Source of the DNA: an uncultured Pseudomonadales bacterium
Lineage (GTDB): Bacteria; Patescibacteriota; Microgenomatia; UBA1400; UBA12028
DNA length: 64,000 nt
Assembly: GCA_964509365.1 (NCBI GenBank)
Contig: CAZDWN010000004.1
Coordinates: forward strand, 32,907-96,906
Direction: 5' to 3'
In this document: positions 1 to 9,573 of the stretch, one piece after another
Position numbering within the stretch: the stretch's first letter is position 1
How the letters are laid out: every line of letters starts with the position of its first letter
The notes under the pieces: model-generated
The model's database searches: none
Seen by the model: only the letters and a program-made list of their open reading frames with translations
What the model was told of the DNA's origin: nothing
Translations under genes and position numbers: made by a program

Positions 1-1840
1 GACCAAGGACCTCGGTGTTTTTCGTGGCGTTTTCATTGAGTACGGACGCTTGGAGGGACGCAATCGAGTTTGAATCAACGAACAGGATAGTATCTGCATC
101 GACATGCAGTTGTTTGCTTATAAACCAAGCAATTTGGCGTGCGGCGGTTGGCCCATCGACACTCCAAGCCCCATCGGAAAGATTCCAGTTAGCTGTCGCC
201 ACATATTTTTGCATCTCCTGAGGTGCTTCAACTTTCCCCTTCAGCATCGAGTCAAGTTCTGAGACTGTATATGTCTTTGAAGTTTGAAGGCCGCCATGAT
301 CAAACGTGAGAACAGAGACCTCGACTGGTATTCCAAATAATGGCCGTGATGACGAGGAGTCCATAGAGACGAGTAAGAGATTTGAAACAGGCTTTTCACG
401 AAGTGATTCGATGAGCGATACGAACGCTTTCTCTTGTGTGACAGACTCTCGAAGTGATGCGGTGGACGCGACGAGTTGTGTAGATAGTCCATCTATCCCA
501 AATAACGAATCAAATATTGGGTTTCCTTGCGAAATATCTGCTTGAATTGCTGAAAGATCTTTATAACTTTCGTCAAGGTTTGTATTCATTTCTGCAGTAG
601 ACACTTCGCTATGTCCAAATGCCTTGCCAAGTTGCTCGGTTGCCAACTGATATGACTGAATCCCGGAAGTGAACTGCAAAACACTTCGAAGTCCAGCCAC
701 AACTCCCTCTCGTGGAAGAGTGATCCCTACTAATTCATATGGGAATGGGACATGGGTTGCGACGCGTTCTAAGATTTGCACTCGCCTTGCTAACGCATTG
801 ACTGTTCGCACCGACCACTGCCCTGACTGTGAGGATTGCGACCAAGCTGTCATTTGTGAGCGAATGTAACTCAACTGAGCGAAGAAAATAATGCCGGTAG
901 CTACATAGAAACAAATCGCCACAATAGCTGCTACTGCGAGAGTTCGTCCAATTTTCCTCGATATTCGCCGTCTCTTTTGTATTTTGGGGCTGTGTTTCTT
1001 TTGCGCGAACACCGTCTTCACAATCTCTTTTTGTAGCACTGGAGTATCAGATGGATGCGGCACAACCAATGAAATTTCTTCGATTATCGTGTGCATTCCC
1101 ACTTCCCCAATAGGAGTACCTTGAGGGAAAACAAACGGAAAATCGTGGAGTGGACCGGATAATGCTCGAGAATGCGAACTCGAACGAAGTTGACTCTCAA
1201 ATACTTCGGTGGGAATTTGCACTTTGCCAGTAAAACATCCACCCGACAGTTGTAGGTCATAGAGAGAGGAAACAATATGACTAATAACATCGGAGTACCA
1301 GAGAGGACTCCACTCACCACCAAGAGGATTTGTGGTGCTCTGCCCTATTTTTTCAAGAATGTAGCGAAGTGTAATTGATACACCACCATCGTACGGATAC
1401 ATGACATGCATGTAATTAAAAACCACTGCCGATTGAAATGCCTTTGTAGCGACTGAAATAAGTTCTGAAGATGCAGACGTTGGTTGCGAGCCTTCTCTAC
1501 CGTTTTTACGGCTGTACACTGCGTCAAAGGTTATTATGTGGAGCGGCGCTGTGAGCTCATTCTTCATTATTTGCAGAGCTCGCTCGTTGATATCCCCTTT
1601 TGCTCGTTGAGGCACAAAGATTGGAACGTCGATCCACAAACATACATACGCCGATCGAAAGAGTGAGCGAACTTTTTCCTGTACCATTCGCCGTGGTAAT
1701 TCCTCTGGAGAAAAACGTTCGACGTGAAGATGTACAGCTCGAATTGCTGACTCAAGTTGTTCTGAGAACACGCAAGGTGGAGCGATCACAATGACCGTCG
1801 TCGCAGCAGAATCAATGGTAGTGAGAACGTGGGTGTTCAT
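1..1840 (-). CDS. Large hypothetical membrane protein, 3'-truncated by the window edge (at least 613 aa). Roughly 300 aa cytoplasmic N-terminal domain, one TM helix (TLAVAAIVAICFYVATGIIFFAQL), then an extracytoplasmic domain.
   Basis: My own reverse-strand translation from ATG at 1838-1840 runs stop-free to position 1. The other two minus frames are fragmented. The ORF track omits edge-running ORFs. No family recognised. Confidence 0.5.
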   Translation of the reverse strand, partial: MNTHVLTTIDSAATTVIVIAPPCVFSEQLESAIRAVHLHVERFSPEELPRRMVQEKVRSLFRSAYVCLWIDVPIFVPQRAKGDINERALQIMKNELTAPLHIITFDAVYSRKNGREGSQPTSASSELISVATKAFQSAVVFNYMHVMYPYDGGVSITLRYILEKIGQSTTNPLGGEWSPLWYSDVISHIVSSLYDLQLSGGCFTGKVQIPTEVFESQLRSSSHSRALSGPLHDFPFVFPQGTPIGEVGMHTIIEEISLVVPHPSDTPVLQKEIVKTVFAQKKHSPKIQKRRRISRKIGRTLAVAAIVAICFYVATGIIFFAQLSYIRSQMTAWSQSSQSGQWSVRTVNALARRVQILERVATHVPFPYELVGITLPREGVVAGLRSVLQFTSGIQSYQLATEQLGKAFGHSEVSTAEMNTNLDESYKDLSAIQADISQGNPIFDSLFGIDGLSTQLVASTASLRESVTQEKAFVSLIESLREKPVSNLLLVSMDSSSSRPLFGIPVEVSVLTFDHGGLQTSKTYTVSELDSMLKGKVEAPQEMQKYVATANWNLSDGAWSVDGPTAARQIAWFISKQLHVDADTILFVDSNSIASLQASVLNENATKNTEVLG

Positions 1841-1894
1841 TACCTTGTTAGCGTACAACGGAACATCTTGGGTAAACAACTCAATCAAAAAACA

Positions 1895-2299
1895 TCAAAG
1901 AGCATCGAGTGCCTGGTTTACTAACAAATCGGCCTGTGCGTTTTTGTGGCGAAGCACATGGGTGAAGTGAACAGGGCAGGCGAGTTGTTCAATTAAGGAC
2001 CAGGCCTTCTGCGCTAACTCACGGAGTGCTTCGTTGTTTATTTTATAGCGATGTGAGAGTTGTTGCACTACCAAAAGTGAGTCTAAATAAAATTCAATCG
2101 ACCCAGGAGCAGGGAAGAGCTGCAAAGCTTGGGTAAGGGCCGTGGTAACTGCGGTGTACTCAGCTACATTATTCGTAGTGATTCCTAATGCTTTGGAACA
2201 TTCCCAGACGGTTTTTCCTTCTGCTTCTATCACAACTCCAATGGCCGCCTCGCCTGGATTTCCTCTCGAACCACCGTCCGTATGAATGACATATTTCAT
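1895..2299 (-). CDS. rnhA: Ribonuclease HI
   Basis: 134 aa with motifs HTDGGSRGNPG, NNVAEY, DSLLVV and HKNAQADLL typical of the RNase H fold. Confidence 0.88.
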   Translation of the reverse strand: MKYVIHTDGGSRGNPGEAAIGVVIEAEGKTVWECSKALGITTNNVAEYTAVTTALTQALQLFPAPGSIEFYLDSLLVVQQLSHRYKINNEALRELAQKAWSLIEQLACPVHFTHVLRHKNAQADLLVNQALDAL

Positions 2300-2308
2300 A
2301 ACGAATAA

Positions 2309-2749
2309 TTATTCAGTCTTGAGCACGATTTGGAGTACACGGTAGGGTCCTTCACCTTCAGACTGTGTGGTGACTTGCGTATTTTCTGCAAGTGCCATGT
2401 GCACGAGTCGTCGTTCATGAGCAGGGAGGTGCAATACTTGAGGGTGCCCCGTTTCAACTACTCGCTCGGCCATCCTGTTAGCGAGGTCACGAATATATTC
2501 TTCACGAGACTCTCTAAAGTCATTTATATTGAGGACAATCGGTTTTTCATACTCTTTTTGGTACAACAGGCGCAACACGTGCTGCATCGCGTCGAGTGTT
2601 TCTGCGTGTCTCCCGATGAGCAATCCACTTTCTGTTTCTTCACAATGGATCGAAACGACTACGGCATCATCAATTTCACTGATGTCTACCGTCGAAGATT
2701 CTATTCCCATGTGAGCCAAGAGGCCTGATAAAAAATCTTGAATTGTCAT
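2309..2749 (-). CDS. khpB: Jag/KhpB-like RNA-binding protein (KH + R3H domains)
   Basis: 146 aa; C-terminal R3H-like segment (GHPQVLHLPAHERRLVHMAL). Conserved position immediately downstream of yidC. Confidence 0.75.
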   Translation of the reverse strand: MTIQDFLSGLLAHMGIESSTVDISEIDDAVVVSIHCEETESGLLIGRHAETLDAMQHVLRLLYQKEYEKPIVLNINDFRESREEYIRDLANRMAERVVETGHPQVLHLPAHERRLVHMALAENTQVTTQSEGEGPYRVLQIVLKTE

Positions 2750-2760
2750 ACAAACACTCC

Positions 2761-3534
2761 TTACTTTTTAAGCGATTTAATTTTGTTGAGAATGTCTTGG
2801 AGACCTCCTGGTCCCGAGACAAACCACTGTTGTACGATACTAAACACCGTTGTTGAGATCCAATAGAGTCCCAGGCCAGCAGGGAATTGATATGCAAAGA
2901 CTCCCGTCATGATTGGCATCATAAAAACCATCTGCTTTTGCATGGTTTCAGACATTTCTTGCGCATTTGTTTCTTTTACGTTTTCCTTTTGGACTTTTTT
3001 ATTTTTACTCGAGTCGGGGATTAAATCATGTTTTTCGGCACCTGGAAGTATCATGAGGGAAAGCACAAGCTGTGATAAAGCTGCGACCACCGGAATGACC
3101 AGTGAGTGGTCTGGTTTCGAGAGATCAAACATCAGAAACGCAGTGTTTACTGAAATTCCATTTTGAGCTGCAGTCGCGACAAAATTTCGCAGGACATTGT
3201 AGAGCGCAATCAATATGACAAACTGGGCAATATAGGGGATGCAACCTGCGAGTGGATTGATATTGTTTTCTTTAAACAGATCCATTTGAGCCTGCTGAAG
3301 CTTTTTGGAGTCATTTTTATGCTTTGCTTTGAGCGCATCAATTTGAGGTTTCAAAAGTTTCATTTTTTGCTGTGAACGAAGGGTGGGAAGTGTTAATGGG
3401 ACGAGCGCTGTCCGAATGATAATCGTTAATAAGATTATTCCTATTCCAAAATTTCCAGTCTGAATTGACAAGAATTTGAGAAATTCAAAGATTGGTCCGA
3501 GAAGAATGGTGTGAATTATTGCAGTTGCATTCAT
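2761..3534 (-). CDS. yidC: Membrane protein insertase YidC (short Gram-positive/CPR type)
   Basis: 257 aa polytopic protein with conserved C-terminal YidC/Oxa1 core (GLGLYWISTTVFSIVQQW). Synteny with rnpA and yidD. Confidence 0.9.
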   Translation of the reverse strand: MNATAIIHTILLGPIFEFLKFLSIQTGNFGIGIILLTIIIRTALVPLTLPTLRSQQKMKLLKPQIDALKAKHKNDSKKLQQAQMDLFKENNINPLAGCIPYIAQFVILIALYNVLRNFVATAAQNGISVNTAFLMFDLSKPDHSLVIPVVAALSQLVLSLMILPGAEKHDLIPDSSKNKKVQKENVKETNAQEMSETMQKQMVFMMPIMTGVFAYQFPAGLGLYWISTTVFSIVQQWFVSGPGGLQDILNKIKSLKK

Positions 3535-3543
3535 AAGTTTCAG

Positions 3544-3789
3544 TTACCAACAGGTAAGAATACGCCGAAATCCCTTGAAAAGTCCTCTGATTGTACCATG
3601 CTTTTGTATCTGCTGGATCGTATATTCACTACACGTCGGGGAGTGTTTACAAGATATGGAGATACCAAATGCACTTACGAGGACGGAATCAGAGACCACT
3701 CTGAATCGCTTATATTTTTGAATGAGCCAAATGCAAAGCTGACTCGATTTCAGAGATAAATTCTTGATGTGAGAGTGTGCGTATTCCAT
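3544..3789 (-). CDS. yidD: Membrane protein insertion efficiency factor YidD
   Basis: Motifs LIQKYKRF and [10 protein letters not shown]...HG..RG..K typical of the YidD/DUF37 family. Start taken at the internal Met (MEYAHSH). Overlaps the rnpA 3' end by about 80 nt. Confidence 0.7.
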   Translation of the reverse strand: MEYAHSHIKNLSLKSSQLCIWLIQKYKRFRVVSDSVLVSAFGISISCKHSPTCSEYTIQQIQKHGTIRGLFKGFRRILTCW

Positions 3790-4054
3790 GTTTGACTCGA
3801 AATACAATATCCATTCCGGCTGTATTTTTTACGACTCCTGTTGTCAGTAGTGCTTGCGACTTGATCACTCTTTTCATGTGATTACGGGACGTTGCTAGTG
3901 GAAAAATGTGTTTTGGAACCACTACTCCCAGACGCACTCTGCCGAGTGAGTTTTTCATACAAAAGACTTGAAAAGAATTCGATCGTACTTGCACTGATTT
4001 TGTAAAAAAATCTGGAATTGACCGAAGCGGTAACCGAAATTTGGCCGGTATCAT
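3710..4054 (-). CDS. rnpA: Ribonuclease P protein component
   Basis: 114 aa, basic, RnpA-like N-terminus ([12 protein letters not shown]). Located between rpmH and yidD. Confidence 0.85.
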   Translation of the reverse strand: MIPAKFRLPLRSIPDFFTKSVQVRSNSFQVFCMKNSLGRVRLGVVVPKHIFPLATSRNHMKRVIKSQALLTTGVVKNTAGMDIVFRVKHGIRTLSHQEFISEIESALHLAHSKI

Positions 4055-4067
4055 GAGTTTTTAAACC

Positions 4068-4211
4068 CTACAAACTGATTTTCTTGCGACCGACTGCTCG
4101 ACGTCTTTTAAGCACATCTCGACCAGTTTTGGTCTCCATGCGAGCACGAAAACCGTGAGTTCGGATTCTTTTTTTCTTTTTTGGTTGCCAGGTTCTGCGT
4201 GTTTTAGCCAT
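4068..4211 (-). CDS. rpmH: 50S ribosomal protein L34
   Basis: My own translation gives [47 protein letters not shown], 47 aa, the canonical L34. It is below the 60-aa cutoff of the ORF track. Confidence 0.88.
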   Translation of the reverse strand: MAKTRRTWQPKKKKRIRTHGFRARMETKTGRDVLKRRRAVGRKKISL

Positions 4212-4320
4212 AGATATCCTTGTACTACGTACTGCAAGTGAAGGTTGTATTGTATCAAATGGAGATGAAGGTTCCTAGGGGATACCTTGATTTGTGGATA
4301 AAATGACCGATTCCTAGAGT

Positions 4321-4410
4321 AAAAAGCAAGGTTTTCCACCACTTATTCACTTAAAATGTCTTGGCGGTTGTACACATTTCCACAAATTATCCACAGAATA
4401 TGTGAATAAG
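4321..4410. promoter_or_regulatory. DnaA-box cluster upstream of dnaA (putative oriC part 1). Perfect TTATCCACA at 4387-4395, one-mismatch box at 4401-4409 (reverse), weaker box near 4343-4351.
   Basis: Direct sequence match to the DnaA box consensus in the rpmH-dnaA intergenic region. Confidence 0.6.
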
Positions 4411-4497
4411 TGAGTTCCATTTCATCACACTACTTGCATCATGTGGAAAACTGTGATTAAACTTGCTTGCAGTTCACTCTATTTTCTCGCATTTTGT

Positions 4498-5931
4498 ATG
4501 GATACTCAGCCACAGGACATCTGGAAAAAATCACTTGCTGACCTCGAAGTCACTATGTCAGGTCAGCATTTTCACATGTGGATTGAGAAAGCAAATCTCA
4601 TTGAGCTGCGACCGGTAGGTGAGACTCATGCAATTGCAATACTATCGGCACCGACGGCAATGCATGCGCAAATGATCGAAGGGCGCTTTTATGCCACGGT
4701 AAAGGAATCGTTGGATAGAGTCAGTGGTCGCCAAGTCGATTTGCAGTTTAAAGTCACGACGACTCAGCCAGTTCCGACTTCTCCACCGGAAACTCCCAGA
4801 CAATCCACAAGTTCCCCACAGTTTGAAGAACAAAGAACTACTCAAGTAACACCTCTTTTTTCCACAATTCCCACAGTTGATTCATTGAAACTCGCATTGC
4901 AAAAAGCGAAACTCCGACCAGATTTTACGTTCGAAAATTTTGCTGTTTCAACGACGAATGAGATGGCATACGCGGCGGCACAAGCCGTCTCAAGAAGCCC
5001 AGGGACCGCATATAACCCACTTTTCTTATATGGAGGAGTTGGAGTGGGAAAAACGCACTTAATGCAGTCAGTTGGGCAGAATATCTTAAAAAACAACCCA
5101 CAGATGACACTTTTGTATTGTGCTGGAGAAGAATTTACCAACGAGATTGTCGCCGCTATCCAGATGAAGAAGACCATGCAGTTTAAGGAAAAGTATCGGA
5201 AGATCAATGTTCTTCTCATTGATGATATTCAGTTTATTGCAGGGAAAGAAGCTGTTCAGCAGGAGTTTTTTCACACATTTAATGCGGTCACGCAATCAGG
5301 TGGTCAAGTCATCATCACGTCAGACAGGCCACCTCATGAAATTACGCTTCTCGAGGATAGACTACGATCTCGATTTGAAGCTGGGCTCATCATCGATATT
5401 CAGCAACCGACGTTTGAACTTCGAAGTGCCATCGTCCTCATCAAGTCCGAAGCCAAGGGGATTGAGCTTCCTATGGATTGTGCGCAACAAATCGCATCAT
5501 ACGTCGATAACGCTCGCAAGATCGAAGGTGTCATCTCACAACTTCACAGTCTGAAGAACTTAATGAACAAAGAGATCACTCTTGAGCTAGTGAAATCCAT
5601 TCTTGCCAAGGAAGAGACGCCAAACATCGCAAAGCTCTCAGTCAAGCCAAAAGAAGTGATCAAGACTGTTGCAGCTCATTTCAAAGTCACAACGAGTCAA
5701 CTGACCGGCCCTCGTCGCTCAAGGCCGCTTGTCGATTATCGTCATCTTGCCATGTTTATTCTCCACGTTGACCTTGGAATACCGCTAGTGCAGGTTGGTA
5801 TGGAATTCGGAGGCAAAGATCATACAAGCATTATGCATGCGGTGAAGAAAATGCGGGGACTCTTGGAGACATCGACAGAAGTGCAGTCTAATTTATCAGC
5901 TATTCGCGCCAGCATATCTGGTGGCAAATGA
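4498..5931 (+). CDS. dnaA: Chromosomal replication initiator DnaA
   Basis: Walker A GGVGVGKTHLMQSVG, box VII/sensor segments and C-terminal DNA-binding helix-turn-helix (LTGPRRSRPLVDYRHLAMFIL...GGKDHTSIMHAVKKM). Likely start is the Met at 4498 (MDTQPQDIWKKSL), not the tool's 4441. Confidence 0.92.
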   Translation: MDTQPQDIWKKSLADLEVTMSGQHFHMWIEKANLIELRPVGETHAIAILSAPTAMHAQMIEGRFYATVKESLDRVSGRQVDLQFKVTTTQPVPTSPPETPRQSTSSPQFEEQRTTQVTPLFSTIPTVDSLKLALQKAKLRPDFTFENFAVSTTNEMAYAAAQAVSRSPGTAYNPLFLYGGVGVGKTHLMQSVGQNILKNNPQMTLLYCAGEEFTNEIVAAIQMKKTMQFKEKYRKINVLLIDDIQFIAGKEAVQQEFFHTFNAVTQSGGQVIITSDRPPHEITLLEDRLRSRFEAGLIIDIQQPTFELRSAIVLIKSEAKGIELPMDCAQQIASYVDNARKIEGVISQLHSLKNLMNKEITLELVKSILAKEETPNIAKLSVKPKEVIKTVAAHFKVTTSQLTGPRRSRPLVDYRHLAMFILHVDLGIPLVQVGMEFGGKDHTSIMHAVKKMRGLLETSTEVQSNLSAIRASISGGK

Positions 5932-5994
5932 CTTACGCACTAAGTTATTGACAGTGTGTAAAACAATAGTTGAGGAGAATACACAGATTTCAGG

Positions 5995-6195
5995 GAATTG
6001 TGGATAACTAGGGGGGGATAAGGTGTGAGTCATTCTACACAAACTCGCGTACTGACAGCTGACTGCGAAAAAGATATCCACTCTTTACACACGATTTAAT
6101 CTCGGTTATACATGGATCACCCACATGCTACACACACAAAATAAGCCAGAAGGTAGATCAAGAGTCGCGTTTAGCTCTCCACATATCCACAGACC
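5995..6195. promoter_or_regulatory. DnaA-box cluster between dnaA and dnaN (putative oriC part 2). Perfect box at 5999-6007 (reverse), one-mismatch box ATATCCACA at 6183-6191, a G7 homopolymer at 6011-6017, and an AT-rich stretch at 6220-6240 adjacent to the dnaN start.
   Basis: Direct consensus matches. The bipartite arrangement resembles Bacillus-type origins. Confidence 0.55.
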
Positions 6196-6240
6196 TACTA
6201 CTACTGCTACTAGTCTGTACTTAATAAAAATACACTACCT

Positions 6241-7344
6241 ATGATCATCACAGTACTTCAAGAAAACTTACTCCCTAAATTGCAAGACGCTAGTAAGTTT
6301 GTAGCATCCAAACCTCAATTGCCGATTCTTTCAGGAGTCTATCTCTCTTGTGAAGACAAGAATCTCATTATTCGATCTACTGATCTCAAAGTTGGTTTCC
6401 AGACTACCATAGGCGGAAAGATCGAAAAGGAAGGCACATGCGTCGTACCCATTCGATATTTTGTAGAACTAATTGCTTCACTGCATGCAGGGCCATTGAC
6501 ACTATCTATGCAAAAAGACTCCTTAGTAATTTCTCAAGGGAAAGTTCAGTCAACCCTGAGCACGTTTCCAATACTGGATTTTCCACCATTCCCCATTTTG
6601 GAAGAGAAAGACGGACAACTCACTTCAAAGATTTTTGCAAACGCGGTCGATCATGTTTTTTATGCAGCCTCCCTAGATGAAACTCGACCAGTCATCGCCT
6701 CTATTCTCCTTCATTTTGAAGACGATCATTGTACGTTTGCAGCAACCGATGGGTATAGATTGGCGGTTGAAGAAATAGAATCCAAAATTGTAGAGAAAAA
6801 CCAAAAAGTCTTGGTTCAAGCTAAAATGCTCGCCGAAATATCCAGAATTGTCGGCAAATATCCAGAAAAAGAAGTTTTTATTCGAATCTCAGAAGAGCTG
6901 GCAACGGTACAGTTTTCGATTGACGATACCGTGATGATGGTGAGAACCACAGAAGGGACGTTCCCAAACTTCCAAGCCATTATTCCTCCACAGTTTTCCA
7001 TTTCGACACTCATTGACAGAGATTCACTCGTCCATGCTCTCAAGACTGCGCTCGTAGTGGCAAAAGAAAGTTCTTCGATCATTACTATGGAAATAACGAA
7101 GAAAACAGTGAGAGTTTCAGGTATGAGTCAAAGCGTGGGGGAAAATAGTACAGAACTTGAATCCTCATATGCTGGAGACGAAACACGCACACTTTCATGT
7201 AATGCAAAATTCCTGATGGATTGTCTGACGAGGATTGAGTCGAGCTCAGTTGAGTTGTCTATGAATGAAGAGCTGAAGCCTATTCGATTACGGCCTGAAG
7301 GAAGCGAAAAGTTCACCTATATCGTTATGCCCTTCAAGAAGTAG
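6241..7344 (+). CDS. dnaN: DNA polymerase III beta subunit (sliding clamp)
   Basis: 367 aa with a three-domain clamp-like sequence. Immediately downstream of dnaA. Confidence 0.9.
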   Translation: MIITVLQENLLPKLQDASKFVASKPQLPILSGVYLSCEDKNLIIRSTDLKVGFQTTIGGKIEKEGTCVVPIRYFVELIASLHAGPLTLSMQKDSLVISQGKVQSTLSTFPILDFPPFPILEEKDGQLTSKIFANAVDHVFYAASLDETRPVIASILLHFEDDHCTFAATDGYRLAVEEIESKIVEKNQKVLVQAKMLAEISRIVGKYPEKEVFIRISEELATVQFSIDDTVMMVRTTEGTFPNFQAIIPPQFSISTLIDRDSLVHALKTALVVAKESSSIITMEITKKTVRVSGMSQSVGENSTELESSYAGDETRTLSCNAKFLMDCLTRIESSSVELSMNEELKPIRLRPEGSEKFTYIVMPFKK

Positions 7345-7359
7345 CAACGTTTTGCACTT

Positions 7360-7436
7360 TTCTTATCCACATATCCCCACAAATGTGAATAAATATCCTT
7401 GAGTAGTCTCCACAAAAATGTGATAATGTGGAAAAC
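7360..7436. promoter_or_regulatory. Third DnaA-box cluster downstream of dnaN. Perfect TTATCCACA at 7363-7371, one-mismatch boxes at 7385-7393 and 7427-7435.
   Basis: Direct consensus matches in the dnaN-tRNA spacer. Confidence 0.45.
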
Positions 7437-7440
7437 AATT

Positions 7441-7512
7441 GCTCCCGTAGTCTAATGGATCGAACATTGGCCTCCGAAGCTGAAGATGCAGGTTCGATTC
7501 CTGCCGGGAGCA
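7441..7512 (+). tRNA. tRNA-Arg, anticodon CCG
   Basis: Acceptor GCTCCCG pairs with CGGGAGC. Anticodon loop CUCCGAA. T-arm GCAGG-TTCGATTC-CCTGC. Discriminator A. Confidence 0.8.
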
Positions 7513-7533
7513 CAGTAGCGTACAATCAGACGT

Positions 7534-7914
7534 ATGACCGATACAAATACAAAACCTTCAAAGAAAAAACAACCATTTTATAAATCTCCTTTTAGCGAGT
7601 ATTTCAACGCACTCTCTGATATCGATAAAGGTCAACGATACACTCAAGAATATGGCTCGATCATGATCTTGGGCTTAGTTGAGGAAGTCGGGGAAATGGC
7701 TCGAGCATATCTGGCCGAGCACGGAAAAAAGAAACTCAATCTTGCGGCTCAAAATGACGAGACGTATATCGAAGAGCTTGGAGATCTCATGGTGACTATA
7801 ATGAGGTTTGCACGCATGAAGAATATTAACCTACATGAACGTATTACGTATAGTCTCGAGAAAATCAAAAAACGTAAAACCCAACCAAAGGGAATGGTAA
7901 ATCCAATACAGTAA
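7534..7914 (+). CDS. MazG-like nucleotide pyrophosphohydrolase domain protein
   Basis: 126 aa with segments LGLVEEVGEMA and EELGDLMVTIMRFA, typical of the all-alpha NTP-PPase/MazG family. Confidence 0.55.
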   Translation: MTDTNTKPSKKKQPFYKSPFSEYFNALSDIDKGQRYTQEYGSIMILGLVEEVGEMARAYLAEHGKKKLNLAAQNDETYIEELGDLMVTIMRFARMKNINLHERITYSLEKIKKRKTQPKGMVNPIQ

Positions 7915-7916
7915 GG

Positions 7917-8003
7917 CGGAGAGAGAGGGATTCGAACCCTCGTGGGTATTACTACCCCAGCCGCTTTCCAAGCGGAGGCACTAGGCCACTATGCGACCTC
8001 TCC
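7917..8003 (-). tRNA. tRNA-Ser, anticodon GGA (long variable arm)
   Basis: 5' GGAGAGG acceptor. Anticodon loop UUGGAAA. Long variable arm. T-arm GAGGG-TTCGAAT-CCCTC. Discriminator G plus encoded CC. Confidence 0.78.
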
Positions 8004-8066
8004 AATCAAGAGTGTAGTATAACAACTAATTTCCTCATAATCGACGCACAATCTCTGCATTCATAA

Positions 8067-8462
8067 ATGTGGTACCATTGGACTATGAAAGCTTCATTTT
8101 TGGTTACGTTGTACTATACGTTGGCGAGCATCATTGGATTGAGTCTGAGTGTCGTTGGCGCTGCGCTGTTCGTAAATCTAATCTTGAGAAACTATATCCT
8201 GAAGATTCCTCGATATCCGTCGATGCCTCCTCAGCCATACGAGTCTACTCCACTTGATGCAAAATCAACTCTTTCGACTGATGACAAAGCGACCTATGAG
8301 TCGTGGAAACAATCGTATGCACAATGGCAAACTGAACAGAAAAATTATGACCAAGCAAACGTAGATCTCAAGAACCAGTTTGCAACTTCTGTCTCAATGC
8401 TCGTTGTGGGACTTCCTGTCTTGTACTTTCATCAAAGAGAACTTCGAAAAAAACTTTCATAG
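8067..8462 (+). CDS. Hypothetical small membrane protein (2 TM)
   Basis: Hydrophobic N- and C-terminal helices. No family recognised. Confidence 0.45.
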   Translation: MWYHWTMKASFLVTLYYTLASIIGLSLSVVGAALFVNLILRNYILKIPRYPSMPPQPYESTPLDAKSTLSTDDKATYESWKQSYAQWQTEQKNYDQANVDLKNQFATSVSMLVVGLPVLYFHQRELRKKLS

Positions 8463-8465
8463 ACT

Positions 8466-8903
8466 ATGGTATATCTTGGCGCCGATCACGGTGGATTCAC
8501 CCTCAAAGAAAAAATGAAGACCTGGCTCACCGAATGGAAAATCCCATACACTGATCTCGGTGCGTCTACAGTAGTTCCAGATGATGACTATCCAGAATTT
8601 GCGAAGCTCGTGGCACGAGAAGTGGCAAAAAACCCAAGCGAAGACAAAGGGATATTGGTTTGCCGCTCCGGTGGAGGTATGACAATCGTCGCCAATCGTC
8701 ATCCATCAATTCGAGCTGTGTATGTCTTTGATGAAGTCAGTGCTCGGCATGCCCGTGAACATAATGACGCCAACGTCGCAACATTTGCCGCAGATTGGAT
8801 CGAAGTGAATCTCGCCAAACAAGCCCTTTCCCAATTTTTGCAAACATCATTTCAACATGAATCACGACATGAACGCCGGATCGCTATGATGGGAACTGTA
8901 TGA
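8466..8903 (+). CDS. rpiB: Ribose-5-phosphate isomerase B
   Basis: GADHGG, CRSGGGM and ANRHPSIRA motifs of the RpiB/LacAB family. Confidence 0.85.
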   Translation: MVYLGADHGGFTLKEKMKTWLTEWKIPYTDLGASTVVPDDDYPEFAKLVAREVAKNPSEDKGILVCRSGGGMTIVANRHPSIRAVYVFDEVSARHAREHNDANVATFAADWIEVNLAKQALSQFLQTSFQHESRHERRIAMMGTV

Positions 8904-9547
8904 TTATTGTTCCTTCGATCCTTTCAGACTCAATTCCCGATATTCGTCATATGGTGGAACGTCTGATGTCGGAAACCAATCTCAGGCGAGTTCAGATAGA
9001 TATTGTCGATCCTGAATATTCTGAAGATCTGACGATTCACCCAATTGATTTGACGGAAGTTGATTTGAAAGCAGTGGTCGTTGATTTTCATTTGATGACA
9101 AATGATCCTATCAATGACGTCATCGAGTGTTCACAGATATCTGGGGCTCGCACAATTATCGCTCAAATTGAACACATGCCAAGTCAACAAGCCTATATCG
9201 AGCATGTGCAGAGCCTAAAGTTGCTTCCTGGACTCTCACTAGATCTGTATACCCCCGTTGAATCAATTGAAACGAATGTGATTCCACATCTAGAGATAAT
9301 TCAAGTGATGGGCAACAAAGCCGGAAAACAAGGTCAATCTTTTCTTGCTCCACAAGCGATTGAGAAGATTACCGAGCTTGTCGCTCTACGCAAAGAAATG
9401 AGTTCATCATTTCAAATTGCTGTCGACATTGGTATGACTCCAGAAAATGCCAAAATTGTGGCTCAGGCCGGTGCCGACATGGTGACTCCTGGCAGCTATC
9501 TGTGGAATTCATCGGATCTTCATATTGCCATTGAGGCGTACTCATAA
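8900..9547 (+). CDS. rpe: Ribulose-phosphate 3-epimerase-like
   Basis: PSILS start, HLM motif, VDIGMTPENA...AGAD...PGSYLW C-terminus consistent with an RPE TIM barrel. 4-nt overlap with rpiB. Confidence 0.7.
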   Translation: MIIVPSILSDSIPDIRHMVERLMSETNLRRVQIDIVDPEYSEDLTIHPIDLTEVDLKAVVVDFHLMTNDPINDVIECSQISGARTIIAQIEHMPSQQAYIEHVQSLKLLPGLSLDLYTPVESIETNVIPHLEIIQVMGNKAGKQGQSFLAPQAIEKITELVALRKEMSSSFQIAVDIGMTPENAKIVAQAGADMVTPGSYLWNSSDLHIAIEAYS

Positions 9548-9573
9548 AAACTGTAAGCTAGAGTCTTGCCAGT

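Noticed and set aside
4061-4342. 93-aa minus-strand ORF from the ORF track
   Set aside because: Wrong frame. The real gene here is rpmH (L34, 47 aa) at 4068..4211 in another frame. The remainder is the oriC-proximal intergenic region.
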